NCBI GenBank assembly: GCA_964016885.1 | Contig: OZ024742.1 | Coordinates: forward strand, 343,108,001-343,172,000 | DNA: 64,000 nucleotides | Direction: 5' to 3' | Origin: Eledone cirrhosa | Lineage: Eukaryota | Shown here: piece after piece, positions 30,001 to 43,523 of the stretch | Numbering within the stretch: the first letter of the stretch is position 1 | Layout of the letters: every line of letters starts with the position of its first letter | Made by a program: the position numbers and the translations under genes | Notes under the pieces: model-generated | What the model was told of the DNA's origin: nothing | The model's database searches: none | The model's input: only the letters and a program-made list of their open reading frames with translations

Positions 30001-33000
30001 TGGTATGAAGTATGTCAGCTCTAGTGGTATGAAGTATGTGATCTCCTGTGGTATGAAGTATGTGATCTACAGTGGTATGAAGTATGTGATCTCCAGTGGT
30101 ATGAAGTATGTGATCTACAGTGGAATGAAGTATGTAATCTCCAGTGGTATGAAGTATGTGATCTACAGTGGTATGAAGTATGTAATCTCCAGTGGTTTGA
30201 AGTATGTGATCTACAGTGGTATGAAGTATGTGATCTCCAGTGGTATGAAGTATGTCAGCTCCAGTGGTATGAAGTATGTGATCTCCTGTGGTATGAAGTA
30301 TGTGATCTACAGTGGTATGAAGTATGAGATCTCCAGTGGTATTAAGTATGTGATCTACAGTGGTATGAAGTATGTGATCTCCAGTGGTATGAAGTATGTT
30401 AGCTCCAGTGCTATGAAGTGTGTGATCTACAGTGGTATGAGGTATGTGATCTACAGTGGTATGAAGTATGTAATCTCCAGTGGTATGAAGTATGTGATCT
30501 ACAGTGGTATGAAGTATGTGATTTACAGTGGTATGAACTATGTGATCTACAGTGGTATGAAGTATGTGATCTCCTGTGGTATGAAGTATGTGATCTACAG
30601 TGGTATGAAGTATGTGATCTCCAGTGGTCTGAAGTATGTGATCTACAGTGGTATGAAGTATGTGATATCCTGTGGTATGAAGTATGTGATCTCCAGTGGT
30701 ATGAAGTATGTCAGCTCCAGTGGTATGAAGTATGTGATCTCCAGTGGTATGAAGTATGTGATATCCAGTGGTATGAAGTATGTCAGCTCCAGTGGTATGA
30801 AGTATGTGATCTCCTGTGGTATGAAGTATGGGATCTACAATGGTATGAAGTATGTGATCTCCAGTGGTATGAAGTATGTGATCTACAGTGGTATGAAGTA
30901 TGTAATCTCCAGTGGTATGAAGTATGTGATCTCCAGTGGTATGAAGTATGTGATCTACAGTGGTATGAAGTATGTGATCTCCAGTGGTATGAAGTATGTC
31001 AGCTCCAGTGGTATGAAGTATGTGATCTCCTGTGGTATGAAGTATGTGATCTACAGTGGTATGAAGTATGTGATCTCCAGTGGTATGAAGTATGTGATCT
31101 ACAGTGGTATGAAGTATGTGATCTACAGTGGTATGAAGTATGTGATCTACAGTGGTATGAAGTATGTGATCTACAGTGGTATGAAGTATGTCAGCTCCAG
31201 TGGTATGAAGTATGTGATCTACAGTGGTATGAAGTATGTGATCTACAGTGGTATGAATTATGTTATCTACAGTGGTATGAAGTATGTCAGCTCCAGTGGT
31301 ATGAAGTAAGTGATCTACAGTGGTATGAAGTATGTGATCTACAGTGGTATGAAGTATGTCAGCTCCAGTGGTATGAAGTATGTGATCTACAGTGGTATGA
31401 AGTATGTGATCTACAGTGTTATGAATATGTGATCTACAGTGGTATGAAGTATGTGATCTCCAGTAGTATGAAGTATGTGATCTACAGTGGTATGAAGTAT
31501 GTGATCTACAGTGGTATGAAGTATGTGATCTACAGTGGTATGAAGTATGTGATCTACAGTGGTATGAAGTATGTGATCTACAGTGGTATGCAGTATGTGA
31601 TCTACAGTGGTATGAAGTATGTGATCTACAGTGGTATGAAGTATGTGATCTACAGTGGTATGAAGTATGTCAGCTCCAGTGGTATGAAGTATGTGATCTA
31701 CAGTGGTATGAAGTATGTGATCTACAGTGGTATGAAGTATGTGATATCCTGTGGTATGAAGTATGTGATCTCCTGTGGTATGAAGTATGTGATATCCTGT
31801 GGTATGAAGTATGTGATATCCAGTGGTATGAAGTATGTGATCTACAGTGGTATGAAGTATGTGATCTACAGTGGTATGAAGTATGTGATATCCTGTGGTA
31901 TGAAGTATGTGATCTACAGTGGTATGAAGTATGTGATATCCTGTGGTATGAAGTATGTGATATCCTGTGGTATGAAGTATGTGATCTACAGTGGTATGAA
32001 GTATGTGATATCCTGTGGTATGAAGTATGTGATCTCCAGTGGTATGAAGTATGTGATATCCTGTGGTATGAACTATGAGATATCCTGTGGTATGAAGTAT
32101 GTGATCTACAATGGTATGATGTATGTAATCTCAAGTGGTATGAAGTATGTGATCTACAGTGGTATGAAGTATGTAATCTCCAGTGGTATGAAGTATGTGA
32201 TCTCCAGTGGTATGAAGTATGTGATCTCCAGTGGTATGAAGTATGTGATCTCCAGTGGTATGAAGTATGTGAACTCCAGTGGTATGAAGTATGTAATCTC
32301 CAGTGGTATGAAGTATGTGATTGTGGTATGAAGTATGTGATCTCCAGTAGTATGAAGTATTTCAGCTCCAGTGGTATGAAGTATGTCAGCTCCAGTGGTA
32401 TGAAGTATGTGATCTACAGTGGTATGAAGTATGTGATCTCCAGTGGTATGAAGTATGTGATCTCCTGTGGTATGAAGTATGTGATCTACAGTGGTATGAA
32501 GTATGTGATATCCTGTGGTATGAAGTATGTGATCTACAGTGGTATGAAGTATGTGATCTACAGTGGTATGAAGTATGTGATCTACAGTGGTATGAAGTAT
32601 GTGATCTCCAGTGGTATGAAGTATGTGATCTCCAGTGGTATGAAGTATGTGATCTACAGTGGTATGAAGTATGTGATATCCTGTGGTATGAAGTATGTGA
32701 TCTCCAGTGGTATGAAGTATGTGATCTCCAGTGGTATGAAGTATGTGGTCTCCAGTGGTATGAAGTATGTGATCTACAGCGGTATGAAGTATGTGATCTC
32801 CAGTGGTATGAAGTATGTGATATCCTGTGGTATGAAGTATGTGATCTATAGTGGTATGAAGTATGTGATCTCCAGTGGTTTGAAGTATGTGATCTCCAGT
32901 GGTATGAAGTATGTCAGCTCCAGTGGTATGAAGTATGTGATCTCCAGTGGTATAAAGTTTGTGATCTCCAGTGGTATGAGGTATGTCAGCTCCAGTGGTA

Positions 33001-36000
33001 TGAAGTATGTGATATCCTGTGGTATGAAGTATGTGATCTACAGTGGTATGAAGTATGTGATCTCCAGTGGTATGAAGTATGTGATCTACAGTGGTATGAA
33101 GTATGTCAGCTCCAGTGGTATGAAGTATGTGATCTCCAGTGGTATGAAGTATGTGATCTCCAGTGGTATGAAGTATGTCAGCTCCAGTGGTATGAAGTAT
33201 GTGATCTCCAGTGGTATGAAGTATGTGATCTACAGTGGTATGAAGTATGTCAGCTCCAGTGGTATGAAGTATGTGATCTCCAGTGGTATGAAGTATGTCA
33301 GCTCCAGTGGTATGAAGTATGTGATCTCCAGTGGTATGAAGTATGTGATCTCCTGTGGTATGAAGTATGTGATCTCCAGTGGTATGAAGTATGTGATCTC
33401 CAGTGGTATGAAGTATGTGATCTACAGTGGTATGAAGTATGTGATATCCTGTGGTATGAAGTATGTGATCTACAGTGGTATGAAGTATGTGATCTCCAGT
33501 GGTATGAAGTATGTGATCTACAGTGGTATGAAGTATGTGATCTCCAGTGGTATGAAGTATGTGATAACTTGTGGTATGAAGTATGTGATATCCTGTGGTA
33601 TGAAGTATGTGATCTACAGTGGTATGAAGTATGTGATCTCCAGTGGTATGAAGTATGTGATATCCTGTGGTATGAAGTATGTGATCCCCAGTGGTATGAA
33701 GTATGTGATCTACAGTGGTATGAAGTATGTAATCTCCAGTGGTATGAAGTATGTGATCTCCAGTGGTATGAAGTATGTGATCTCCAGTGGTATGAAGTAT
33801 GTGATCTACAGTGGTATGAAGTATGTAATCTCCAGTGGTATGAAGTATGTGATCTCCAGTGGTATGAAGTATGTGATCTACAGTGGTATGAAGTATGTGA
33901 TCTCCAGTGGTATGAAGTATGTAATCTACAGTGGTATGAAGTATGTGATTTCCAGTGGTATGAAGTATGTGATATCCTGTGGTATGATGTATGTGATCTC
34001 CAGTGGTATGAAGTATGTCAGCTCCAGTGGTATGAAGTATGTGATCTCCAGTGGTATGAAATATGTGATCTCCAGTGGTATGAAGTATGTTAGCTCCAGT
34101 GGTATGAAGTATGTGATCTCCAGTGGTATGAAGTATGTCAGCTCCAGTGGTATGAAGTATGTGATCTCCAGTGGTATGAAGTATGTGATCTCCTGTGGTA
34201 TGAAGTATGTGATCTACAGTGGTATGAAGTATGTGATCTACAGTGGTATGAAGTATGTGATCTACAGTTGTATGAAGTATGTGATCTACAGTGGTATCAA
34301 GTATGTGATCTCCAGTGGTATGAAGTATGTGAACTACAGTGGTATGAAGTATGTGATCTACAGTGGTATGAAGTATGTGATCTACAGTGGTATGAAGTAT
34401 GTGATCTCCAGTGGTATGAAGTATGTGATCTCCAGTGGTATGAAGTATGTGATCTCCATTGGTATGAAGTATGTGATCTACAGTGGTATTAAGTATGTCA
34501 GCTCCAGTGGTATGAAGTATGTGATCTACAGTGGTATGAAGTATGTGATCTACAGTGGTATGAAGTTTGTGATCTACAGTGGTATGAAGTATGTCAGCTC
34601 CAGTGGTATGAAGTATATGATCTACAGTGGTATGAAGTATGTGATCTACAGTGGTATGAAGTATGTGATCTACAGTGGTATGAAGTATGTCAGCTCCAGT
34701 GGTATGAAGTATGTGATCTACAGTGGTATGAAGTATGTCATCTACAGTGGTATGAAGTATGTGATCTCCAGTGGTATGAAGTATGTGATCTCCTGTGGTA
34801 TGAAATATGTCAGCTCCAGTTGTATGAAGTATGTGATCTCCAGTGGTATGAAGTATGTGATCTCCAGTGGTATGAAATATGTGATCTACAGTGGTATGAA
34901 GTATGTGATCTCCAGTGGTATGAAGTATGTGATCTCCAGTGGTATGAAATATGTGATCTCCAGTGGTATGAAGTATGTGATCTCCAGTGGTATGAAGTAT
35001 GTCATATCCTGTGGTATGAAGTATGTGATCTCCAGTGGTATGAAGTATGTCAGCTCCAGTGGTATGAAGTATGTGATCTCCAGTGCTATGAAGTATGTGA
35101 TCTCCAGTGGTATGAAATATGTGATCTACAGTGGTATGAAGTATGTTAGCTCCAGTGGTATGAAGTATGTGATCTACAGTGGTATGAAGTATGTCAGCTC
35201 CAGTGGTATGAAGTATGTGATCTCCAGTGGTATGAAGTATGTGATCTCCTGTGGTATGAAGTATGTGATCTACAGTGGTATGAAGTATGTGATCTACATT
35301 CGTATGAAGTATGTGATCTACAGTGGTATGAAGTATGTTAGCTCCAGTGGTATGAAGTATGTGATCTACAGTGGTATGAAGTATGTCAGCTCCAGTGGTA
35401 TGAAGTATGTGATCTCCAGTGGTATGAAGTATGTGATCTTCAGTGGTATGAAGTATGTGATCTCCATTGGTATGAAGTATGTGATCTACAGGGGTATGAA
35501 GTATGTGATCTACAGTGGTATGAAGTATGTGATCTACAGTGGTATGAAGTATGTGATCTACAGTGGTATGAAGTATGTCAGCTCCAGTGGTATGAAGTAT
35601 GTGATCTCCAGTGGTATGAAGTATGTGATCTACAGTGGTATGAAGTATGTCAGCTCCAGTGGTATGAAGTATGTGATCTACAGTGGTATGAAGTATGTGA
35701 TCTACAGTGGTATGAAGTATGTGATCTCCAGTAGTATGAAGTATGTGATCTACAGTGGTATGAAGTATGTGATCTACAGTGGTATGAAGTATGTGATCTA
35801 CAGTGGTATGAAGTATGTGATCTACAGTGGTATGCAGTATGTGATCTACAGTGGTATGAAGTATGTGATCTACAGTGGTATGAAGTATGTGATCTACAGT
35901 GGTATGAAGTATGTCAGCTCCAGTGGTATGAAGTATGTGATCTACAGTGGTATGAAGTATGTGATCTCCAGTGGTATGAAGTATGTGATCTCCAGTGGTA

Positions 36001-39000
36001 TGAAGTATGTGATCTACAGTGGTATGAAGTATGTGATCTACAGTGGTATGAAGTATGTGATCTCCAGTAGTATGAAGTATGTGATCTACAGTGGTATGAA
36101 GTATGTGATCTACAGTGGTATGAAATATGTCAGCTCCAGTGGTATGAAGTATGTGATCTACAGTGGTATGAAGTATGTCAGCTCCAGTGGTATGAAGTAT
36201 GTGATCTCCTGTTGTATGAAGTATGTGATCTCCAGTGGTATGAAGTATGTCAGATCCAGTGGTATGAAGTATGTGATCTCCTGTGGTATGAAGTATGTGA
36301 TCTCCAGTGGTATGAAGTATGTCAGCTCCAGTGGTATGAAGTATGTGATCTCCAGTGGTATGAAGTATGTGATCTCCAGTGGTATGAAGTATGTGATCTA
36401 CAGTGGTATGAAGTATGTGATCTCCAGTGGTATGAAGTATGTGATCTACAGTGGTATGAAGTATGTGATCTCCAGTGGTATGAAGTATGTGATTTCCTGT
36501 GGTATGAAGTATGTGATCTACAGTGGTATGGAGTATGTGATCTCCAGTAGTATGAAGTATGTGATCTCCAGTGGTATGAAGTATGTGATCTCCAGTGGTA
36601 TGAAGTATGTGATCTCCAGTGGTATGAAGTATGTGATCTACAGTGGTATGAAGTATGTGATATCCTGTGGTATGAAGTATGTCAGCTCCAGTGGTATGAA
36701 GTATGTGATCTATAGTGGTATGAAGTATGTGATCTCCAGTGGTATGAAGTATGTGATCTCTAGTGGTATGAAGTATGTGATCTCCTGTGGTATGACGTAT
36801 GTCAGCTCCAGTGGTATGAAGTATGTGATCTCCAGTGGTTTGAAGTATGTGATCTCCTGTGGTATGAAGTATGTCAGCTCCAGTGGTATGAAGTATGTCA
36901 GCTCCAGTGGTATGAAGTATGTGATCTACAGTGGTATGAAGTATGTGATCTCCAGTGGTATGAAGTATGTGATCTCCAGTGGTATGAAGTATGTGATCTA
37001 CAGTGGTATGAAGTATGTGATCTCCTGTGGTATGAAATATGTGATCTCCAGTGGTATGAAGTATGTGATCTACAGTGGTATGAAGTATGTGATCTACAGT
37101 GGTATGAAGTACGTGATCTACAGTGGTTGAAGTATGTGATCTACAGTGGTATGAAGTATATGATCTACAGTGGTATGAAGTATGTGATCTCCTGTGGTAT
37201 GAAGTATGTGATCTCCAGTGGTATGAAGTATGTGATCTCCAGTGGTATGAAGTATGTGATCTACAGTGGTATGAAGTATGTGATCTCCAGTAGTATGAAG
37301 TATGTGATCTCCTGTGGTATGAAGTATGTGATCTACAGTGGTATGAAATATGTGATCTCCTGTGGTATGAAGTATGTGATCTCCAGTGGTATGAAGTATG
37401 TGATCTACAGTGGTATGAAGTATGTTATCTGCAGTAGTATGAAGTATGTCAGCTCCAGTGGTATGAAGTATGTGATCTCCAGTGGTATGAAGTATGTGAT
37501 CTACAGTGGTATGAAGTATGTGATCTACAGTGGTATGAAGTATGTGATCTCCAGTGGTATGAAGTATGTGATCTACAGTGGTATGAAGTATGTGATCTCC
37601 AGTGGTATGAAGTATGTGATCTCCAGTGGTATGAAGTATGTGATCTACAGTGGTATGAAGTATGTGATCTCCAGTGGTATGAAGTATGTGATCTCCAGTA
37701 GTATGAAGTATGTCAGCTCCAGTGGTATGAAGTATGTGATCTACAGTGGTATGAAGTATGTGATCTACAGTGGTATGAAGTATGTCAGCTCCAGTGGTAT
37801 GAAGTATGTGATCTACAGTGGTATGAAGTATGTGATCTACAGTGGTATGAAGTATGTGATCTACAGTGGTATGAAGTATGTGATCTCCAGTGGCATGAAA
37901 TATGTGATATCTAGTGGTATGAAATATGTCAGCTCCAGTGGTATGAAGTATGTGATATCCTGTGGTATGAAGTATGTAATCTCGAGTGGTATGAAGTATG
38001 TAATCTCCAGTAGTATGAAGTATGTGATCTACAGTGGTATGATGTATGTGATCTACAGTGGTATGAAGTATGTTAGCTCCAGTGGTATGAAGTATGGGAT
38101 CTACAGTGGTATAAAGTATGTAATCTCCAGTGGTATGAAGTATGTGATCTACAGTGGTATGAAGTATGTCAGCTCCAGTGGTATGAAGTATGTGATCTCC
38201 AGTGGTATGAAGTATGTGATCTCCAGTGGTATGAATTTTTTGATCTACAGTGGTATGAAGTATGTCAGCTCCAGTGGTATGAAGTATGTGATCTCCAGTG
38301 GTATGAAGTATGTGATATCCTGTGGTATGAAGTATGTGATCTACAGTGGTATGAAGTATGTGATCTACAGTGGTATGAAGTATGTGATCTCCTGTGGTAT
38401 GAAGTATGTGATCTCCAGTGGTATGAAGTATGTCAGCTCCAGTGGTATGAAGTATGTGATCTACAGTGGTATGAAGTATGTGATCTACAGTGGTATGAAG
38501 TATGTGATCTACAGTGGTATGAAGTATGTGATCTCCAGTGGCATGAAATATGTGATATCCAGTGGTATGAAATATGTCAGCTCCAGTGGTATGAAGTATG
38601 TGATATCCTGTGGTATGAAGTATGTAATCTCGAGTGGTATGAAGTATGTAATCTCCAGTGGTATGAAGTATATGATCTACAGTGGTATGAAGTATGTGAT
38701 CTACAGTGGTATGAAGTATGTTAGCTCCAGTGGTATGAAGTATGTGATCTACAGTGGTATGAAGTATGTAATCTCCAGTGGTATGAAGTATGTGATCTAC
38801 AGTGGTATGAAGTATGTGATCTCCAGTGGTATGAAGTATGTGATCTACAGTGGTATGAAGTATGTCAGCTCCAGTGGCATGAAGTATGTGATCTCCAGTG
38901 GTATGAAGTATGTGTTATCCTGTGGTATGAAGTATGTGATCTACAGTGGTATGAAGTATGTGATCTACAGTGGTATGAAGTATGTGATCTACAGTGGTAT

Positions 39001-40957
39001 GAAGTATGTGATCTACAGTGGTATGAAGTATGTGATCTCCTGTGGTATGAAGTATGTGATCTTCAGTGGTATGAAGTATGTGATCTCCACTGGTATGAAG
39101 TATGTGATCTCCAGTAGTATGAAGTATGTGATCTCCTGTGGTATGAAATATGTGATCTACAGTGGTATGAAGTATGTGATCTCCAGTGGTTTGAAGTATG
39201 TGATCTACAGTGGTATGAAGTATGTGATCTACAGTGGTATGAAGTATGTGATCTCCAGTAGTATGAAGTATGTCAGCTCCAGTGGTATGAAGTATGTGAT
39301 CTCCAGTGGTATGAAGTATGAGATCTACAGCGGTATGAAGTATGTGATCTACAGTGGTATGAAGTATGTGATCTCCAGTGGTATGAAGTATGTGATCTAC
39401 AGTGGTATGAAGAATGTGATCTCCAGTGGTATGAAGTATGTGATCTCCAGTGGTATGAAGTATGTGATCTACAGTGGTATGAAGTATGTGATCTCCAGTG
39501 GTATGAAGTATGTGATCTCCAGTAGTATGAAGTATGTCAGCTCCAGTTGTATGAAGTATGTGATCTACAGTGGTATGAAGTATGTGATCTACAGTGGTAT
39601 GAAGTATGTCAGCTCCAGTGGTATGAAGTATGTGATCTACAGTGGTATGAAGTATGTGATCTACAGTGGTATGAAGTATGTGATCTACAGTGGTATGAAG
39701 TATGTGATCTCCAGTGGCATGAAATATGTGATATCCAGTGGTATGAAATATGTCAGCTCCAGTGGTATGAAGTATGTGATATCCTGTGGTAAGAAGTATG
39801 TAATCTCGAGTGGTATGAAGTATGTAATCTCCAGTGGTATGAAGTATGTGATCTACAGTGGTATGAAGTATGTGATCTACAGTGGTATGAAGTATGTTAG
39901 CTCCAGTGGTATGAAGTATGTGATCTACAGTGGTATGAAGTATGTAATCTCCAGTGGTATGAAGTATGTGATCTACAGTGGTATGAAGTATGTCAGCTCC
40001 AGTGGTATGAAGTATGTGATCTCCACTGGTATGAAGTATGTGATCTCCAGTGGTATGAAGTATGTGATCTACAGTGGTATGAATTATGTCAGCTCCAGTG
40101 GTATGAAGTATGTGATCTCCAGTGGTATGAAGTATGTGATATCCTGTGGTATGAAGAATGTGATATCCTGTGGTAAGAAGTATGTAATCTCGAGTGGTAT
40201 GAAGTATGTAATCTCCAGTGGTATGAAGTATGTGATCTACAGTGGTATGAAGTATGTGATCTACAGTGGTATGAAGTATGTTAGCTCCAGTGGTATGAAG
40301 TATGTGATCTACAGTGGTATGAAGTATGTAATCTCCAGTGGTATGAAGTATGTGATCTACAGTGGTATGAAGTATGTCAGCTCCAGTGGTATGAAGTATG
40401 TGATCTCCACTGGTATGAAGTATGTGATCTCCAGTGGTATGAAGTATGTGATCTACAGTGGTATGAATTATGTCAGCTCCAGTGGTATGAAGTATGTGAT
40501 CTCCAGTGGTATGAAGTATGTGATATCCTGTGGTATGAAGAATGTGATCTACAGTGGTATGAAGTACGTGATCTACAGTGGTATGTAGTATGTGATCTAC
40601 AGTGGTATGAAGTATGTCAGCTCCAGTGGTATGAAGTATGTGATCTACAGTGGTATGAAGTATGTGATCTACAGTGGTATGAAGTATGTGATCTACAGTG
40701 GTATGAAGTATGTGAACTACAGTGGTATGAAGTATGTGATCTACAGTGATATGAAGTATGTGATCTACAGTGGTATGAAGTATGTGATATCCTGTGGTAT
40801 GAAATATGTCAGCTCCGGTTTTATGAAGTATGTGGTATCCTGTGGTATGAAGTATGTGATATCCTGTGGTATGAAACATGTGATCTCCAGTGGAATGAAG
40901 TATGAGATCCAATGGTATGAAGTATGTGATATCCAGAGGTATGAAACATGTCAGCTC
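1..40957. repeat. 24-bp tandem satellite array, consensus GGTATGAAGTATGTGATCTCCAGT, about 1700 units, open at the window start
   Basis: Continuous 24-bp periodicity. Near-invariant GTGGTATGAAGTATGT plus a variable 8-nt slot (GATCTCCA, GATCTACA, GATATCCT, GATCTCCT, CAGCTCCA, AATCTCCA). Degenerate edge at ~40800-40957. Confidence 0.99.
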
Positions 40958-41390
40958 GTTACTGAATATTTGCATACAACGTAAAATCCAGCATACAAAT
41001 AATTCTAGTGAATAGCTTAGAATTTTTACAAACCCAAACTTTTAACTGTTTAATAGCACTTTTTTTTTTTATTTAGGACCTAAACAACACAAAAAAAGTG
41101 ATTACAAGCCAGGAACAGAGAAAAAAATTTTTTTGTTACACTGTGTTATTCGTATGTAAACTAAATGACTAATTCAGGTTTTTAAAAAAATCAACGGAGA
41201 CAATTTAGAAAAATTACCGATTCCCTCCCTCCACACTTATACCACCCCCTCTATTATTCGAGACTGGAGAGTACAATACAAGTGGTACTTAACACATCTA
41301 TTATTTTTATTGGGTAGAATTACAAGCCCTGCTGTGTTTTAATATATTTTGTTTATGTTCTTCTTTATCATAACCTACTGCTCTAATTGT

Positions 41391-41846
41391 TCTCTTTTTG
41401 TATTTGTTTGTTAGCAATTGGAAGAAGCCTATTCAGGCATTAATTGAGTTAAATAGTTTCTATACAACACAGAATGAATTATATTTAACTGGGTGATGTC
41501 TAAAAACATCTGACTGATAAAATGACAAGTCAGTCAATCATATTGGTGGCCTCCCACAGCCCTGGCGGACAGAATGTAGAAGGCGTTTCCCCGGAGGACA
41601 GCAAGGGAGACGCGCTGGAAAAGCCATTCCAGCTCGTGAGGCTCACACCTGCGGCTGGCCAGCTCAGCGCCTATGGTGGTGAGTAGGGAGGTAGCTCTAG
41701 GGTCAAAGACACCAGAAGTCTCCACTGCCAAGGGTACGACTGCAGACCTGTCGGAGAGCGACCGGTATTTGAAGAGTTTGGCCTCCTCAGCCCGACGTGC
41801 AGCAGAACCTGGGTTAGTCGCAGACTGTACCAGGTTGTGGCTGGAG
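41391..41846 (-). mobile_element. 5'-truncated CRE-clade (RLE endonuclease) non-LTR retrotransposon fragment
   Basis: Minus-strand translation ..SATNPGSAARRAEEAKLFKYRSL..PLAVETSGVF..WLFQRVSLAVLRGNA..IL matches the C-terminal restriction-like endonuclease motif of CRE elements. Flanked by ATTGT (41386-41390 and 41847-41851) and absent from the paralogous arm. Confidence 0.8.
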
Positions 41847-41871
41847 ATTGTAGTAATTATTACTTCATATG

Positions 41872-42031
41872 AGGCAGAGGATTAGCAGAACCATTACGAT
41901 TTTGGACAAAATGTTTTATGGCATTCAGCTACGGCTCTTTAGATTCTGTGTTCAAATCTGACTGAGGTCAACTTCGACTTTCATCTTCTCAAGGTCAATA
42001 AACTAAAATACCAATCAAGTACTGGGATCAA
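41872..42031 (+). mobile_element. Diverged tRNA-derived SINE
   Basis: B-box-like GTGTTCAAATC followed by gaggtcaacttcgactttcatc..ggtcaataaa..aagtactggg, homologous to the SINE copies at 54391 and 60315. Confidence 0.65.
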
Positions 42032-42311
42032 CCTCTGCTTATTCCAACTTCCCAGTTTATTTCAACCCCGTTTATTTCAACCCCACCTATTATTTGAGAC
42101 CCGGTGTACAGAAAATGTTTCTGTAACAGTAGCATTCACGATGGAGCTTCTACGTGGTCGCTCAACGTACAACAGAGTAGCATAGCAGCGTAGGGATGTG
42201 GACAAAATCCTTACTGACAAATATCCCAAGACAAAACCCTCTTCTACCGGTCAAAATCTCAACTTAGTAAAACGGTAAAAGATAAAACTAAATTATAATT
42301 CACAATACATA

Positions 42312-43523
42312 TGTAACGAAATCCGTCCACGCCTTGACCCCTGGGTGACATTTAATGGTTACTTTTGGGTGTAAACAAGTCTGTGCATGGGCGATCTCTC
42401 GAGGTCACCCCAGATATAAATAGCCTGTCTTAGACAAAAAGCAGTTCGAACCAGTTCCTGATAGAGTAACGATGTAAAACATTTGCTTTCTACAGACCCC
42501 TTGGGGGTCTACAGACGCTCTCTCTCTCTCTCTCTCTTTCTCTCTCCTGGTCTTAAAGACTCTTACTTTCTCTTACTCTCTCCTGGTCTTAAAGACTCTT
42601 ACTTTCTCTTACTCTCTCCCTTTCACTCAATCTCTATCTCATGGTCTCTCTCTTAGCCAATGCAGCGAAGTTTATGAAGTTTTTTTGGTAAATACAATTT
42701 AATTCTACTTTTACAAACACAAATAACATTCGTAATTCTTGTGTATTTTTCGGATAGCTCCGGCGTGAGTTATTTTCAATAAATTAATAATATAGAGGTT
42801 TGGTGTCATCGAGGTTCATTTATATATATTCATTTTCTGCGTGATCAAGGAACTATCATATCATCATCATCTTATTGAACACTTACTCACTTACCTGAAC
42901 ACATGCAACCTCTGGTCACACTGTATCACACCACAGTGACCACACGACACAGCAAGCTACAAGTGACCACAAGACACAGCAAGCTACAAGTGACCACAAG
43001 ACACAGCAAGCTACAAGTGACCACAAAACACAGCAAGCTACAAGTGACCACAAGACACAGCAAGCTACAAGTGACCACAAGACACAGCAAGCTACAAGTG
43101 ACCACAAGACACAGCAAGCTACAAGTGACCACAAGACACAGCAAGCTACAAGTGACCACACGACACAGCAAGCTACAAGTGACCACACGACACAGCAAGC
43201 TACAAGTGACCACACGACACAGCAAGCTACAAGTGACCACACGACACAGCAAGCTACAAGTGACCACAAGACACAGCAAGCTACAAGTGACCACACGACA
43301 CAGCAAGCTACAAGTGACCACACGACACAGCAAGCTACAAGTGACCACAAGACACAGCAAGCTACAAGTGACCACAAGACACAGCAAGCTACAAGTGACC
43401 ACACGACACAGCAAGCTACAAGTGACCACAAGACACAGCAAGCTACGAGTGAGCACGCACGCAACAAACGAATCAACACCATCACTCAATCCACTACAAA
43501 CATCTACCAATAATCGCTATACA
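42312..43523 (+). mobile_element. Possible solo LTR containing the 27-bp minisatellite
   Basis: TGTAACG...TATACA termini, CATA/CATG flanks, TATAAATA near 42415, CT-rich tract, AATAAA near 42778. Confidence 0.35.
42935..43452. repeat. 27-bp minisatellite AGTGACCACA(C/A)GACACAGCAAGCTACA, about 19 copies
   Basis: Direct periodicity with one biallelic position. Confidence 0.97.

Larger units (their letters stand above)
41153..42031 (+). repeat. Left arm of an inverted duplication (partner 47916-48449)
   Basis: 41153-41390 is the reverse complement of ~48212-48449, and ~41855-42031 is the reverse complement of ~47916-48085, with scattered mismatches. Confidence 0.9.

Noticed and set aside
1-40957. 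CRISPR-like constant/variable alternation
   Set aside because: The variable slot is 8 nt and reuses a few related alleles. There are no unique spacers and no cas genes, and the context is eukaryotic.
9-40975. Giant ORFs (MKYVISSG)n, (HTTGDHIL)n up to 2996 aa and (WYEVCDLQ)n
   Set aside because: A 24-bp unit without stops gives open frames on both strands automatically. Indel units shift frames freely and there are no unique coding flanks.
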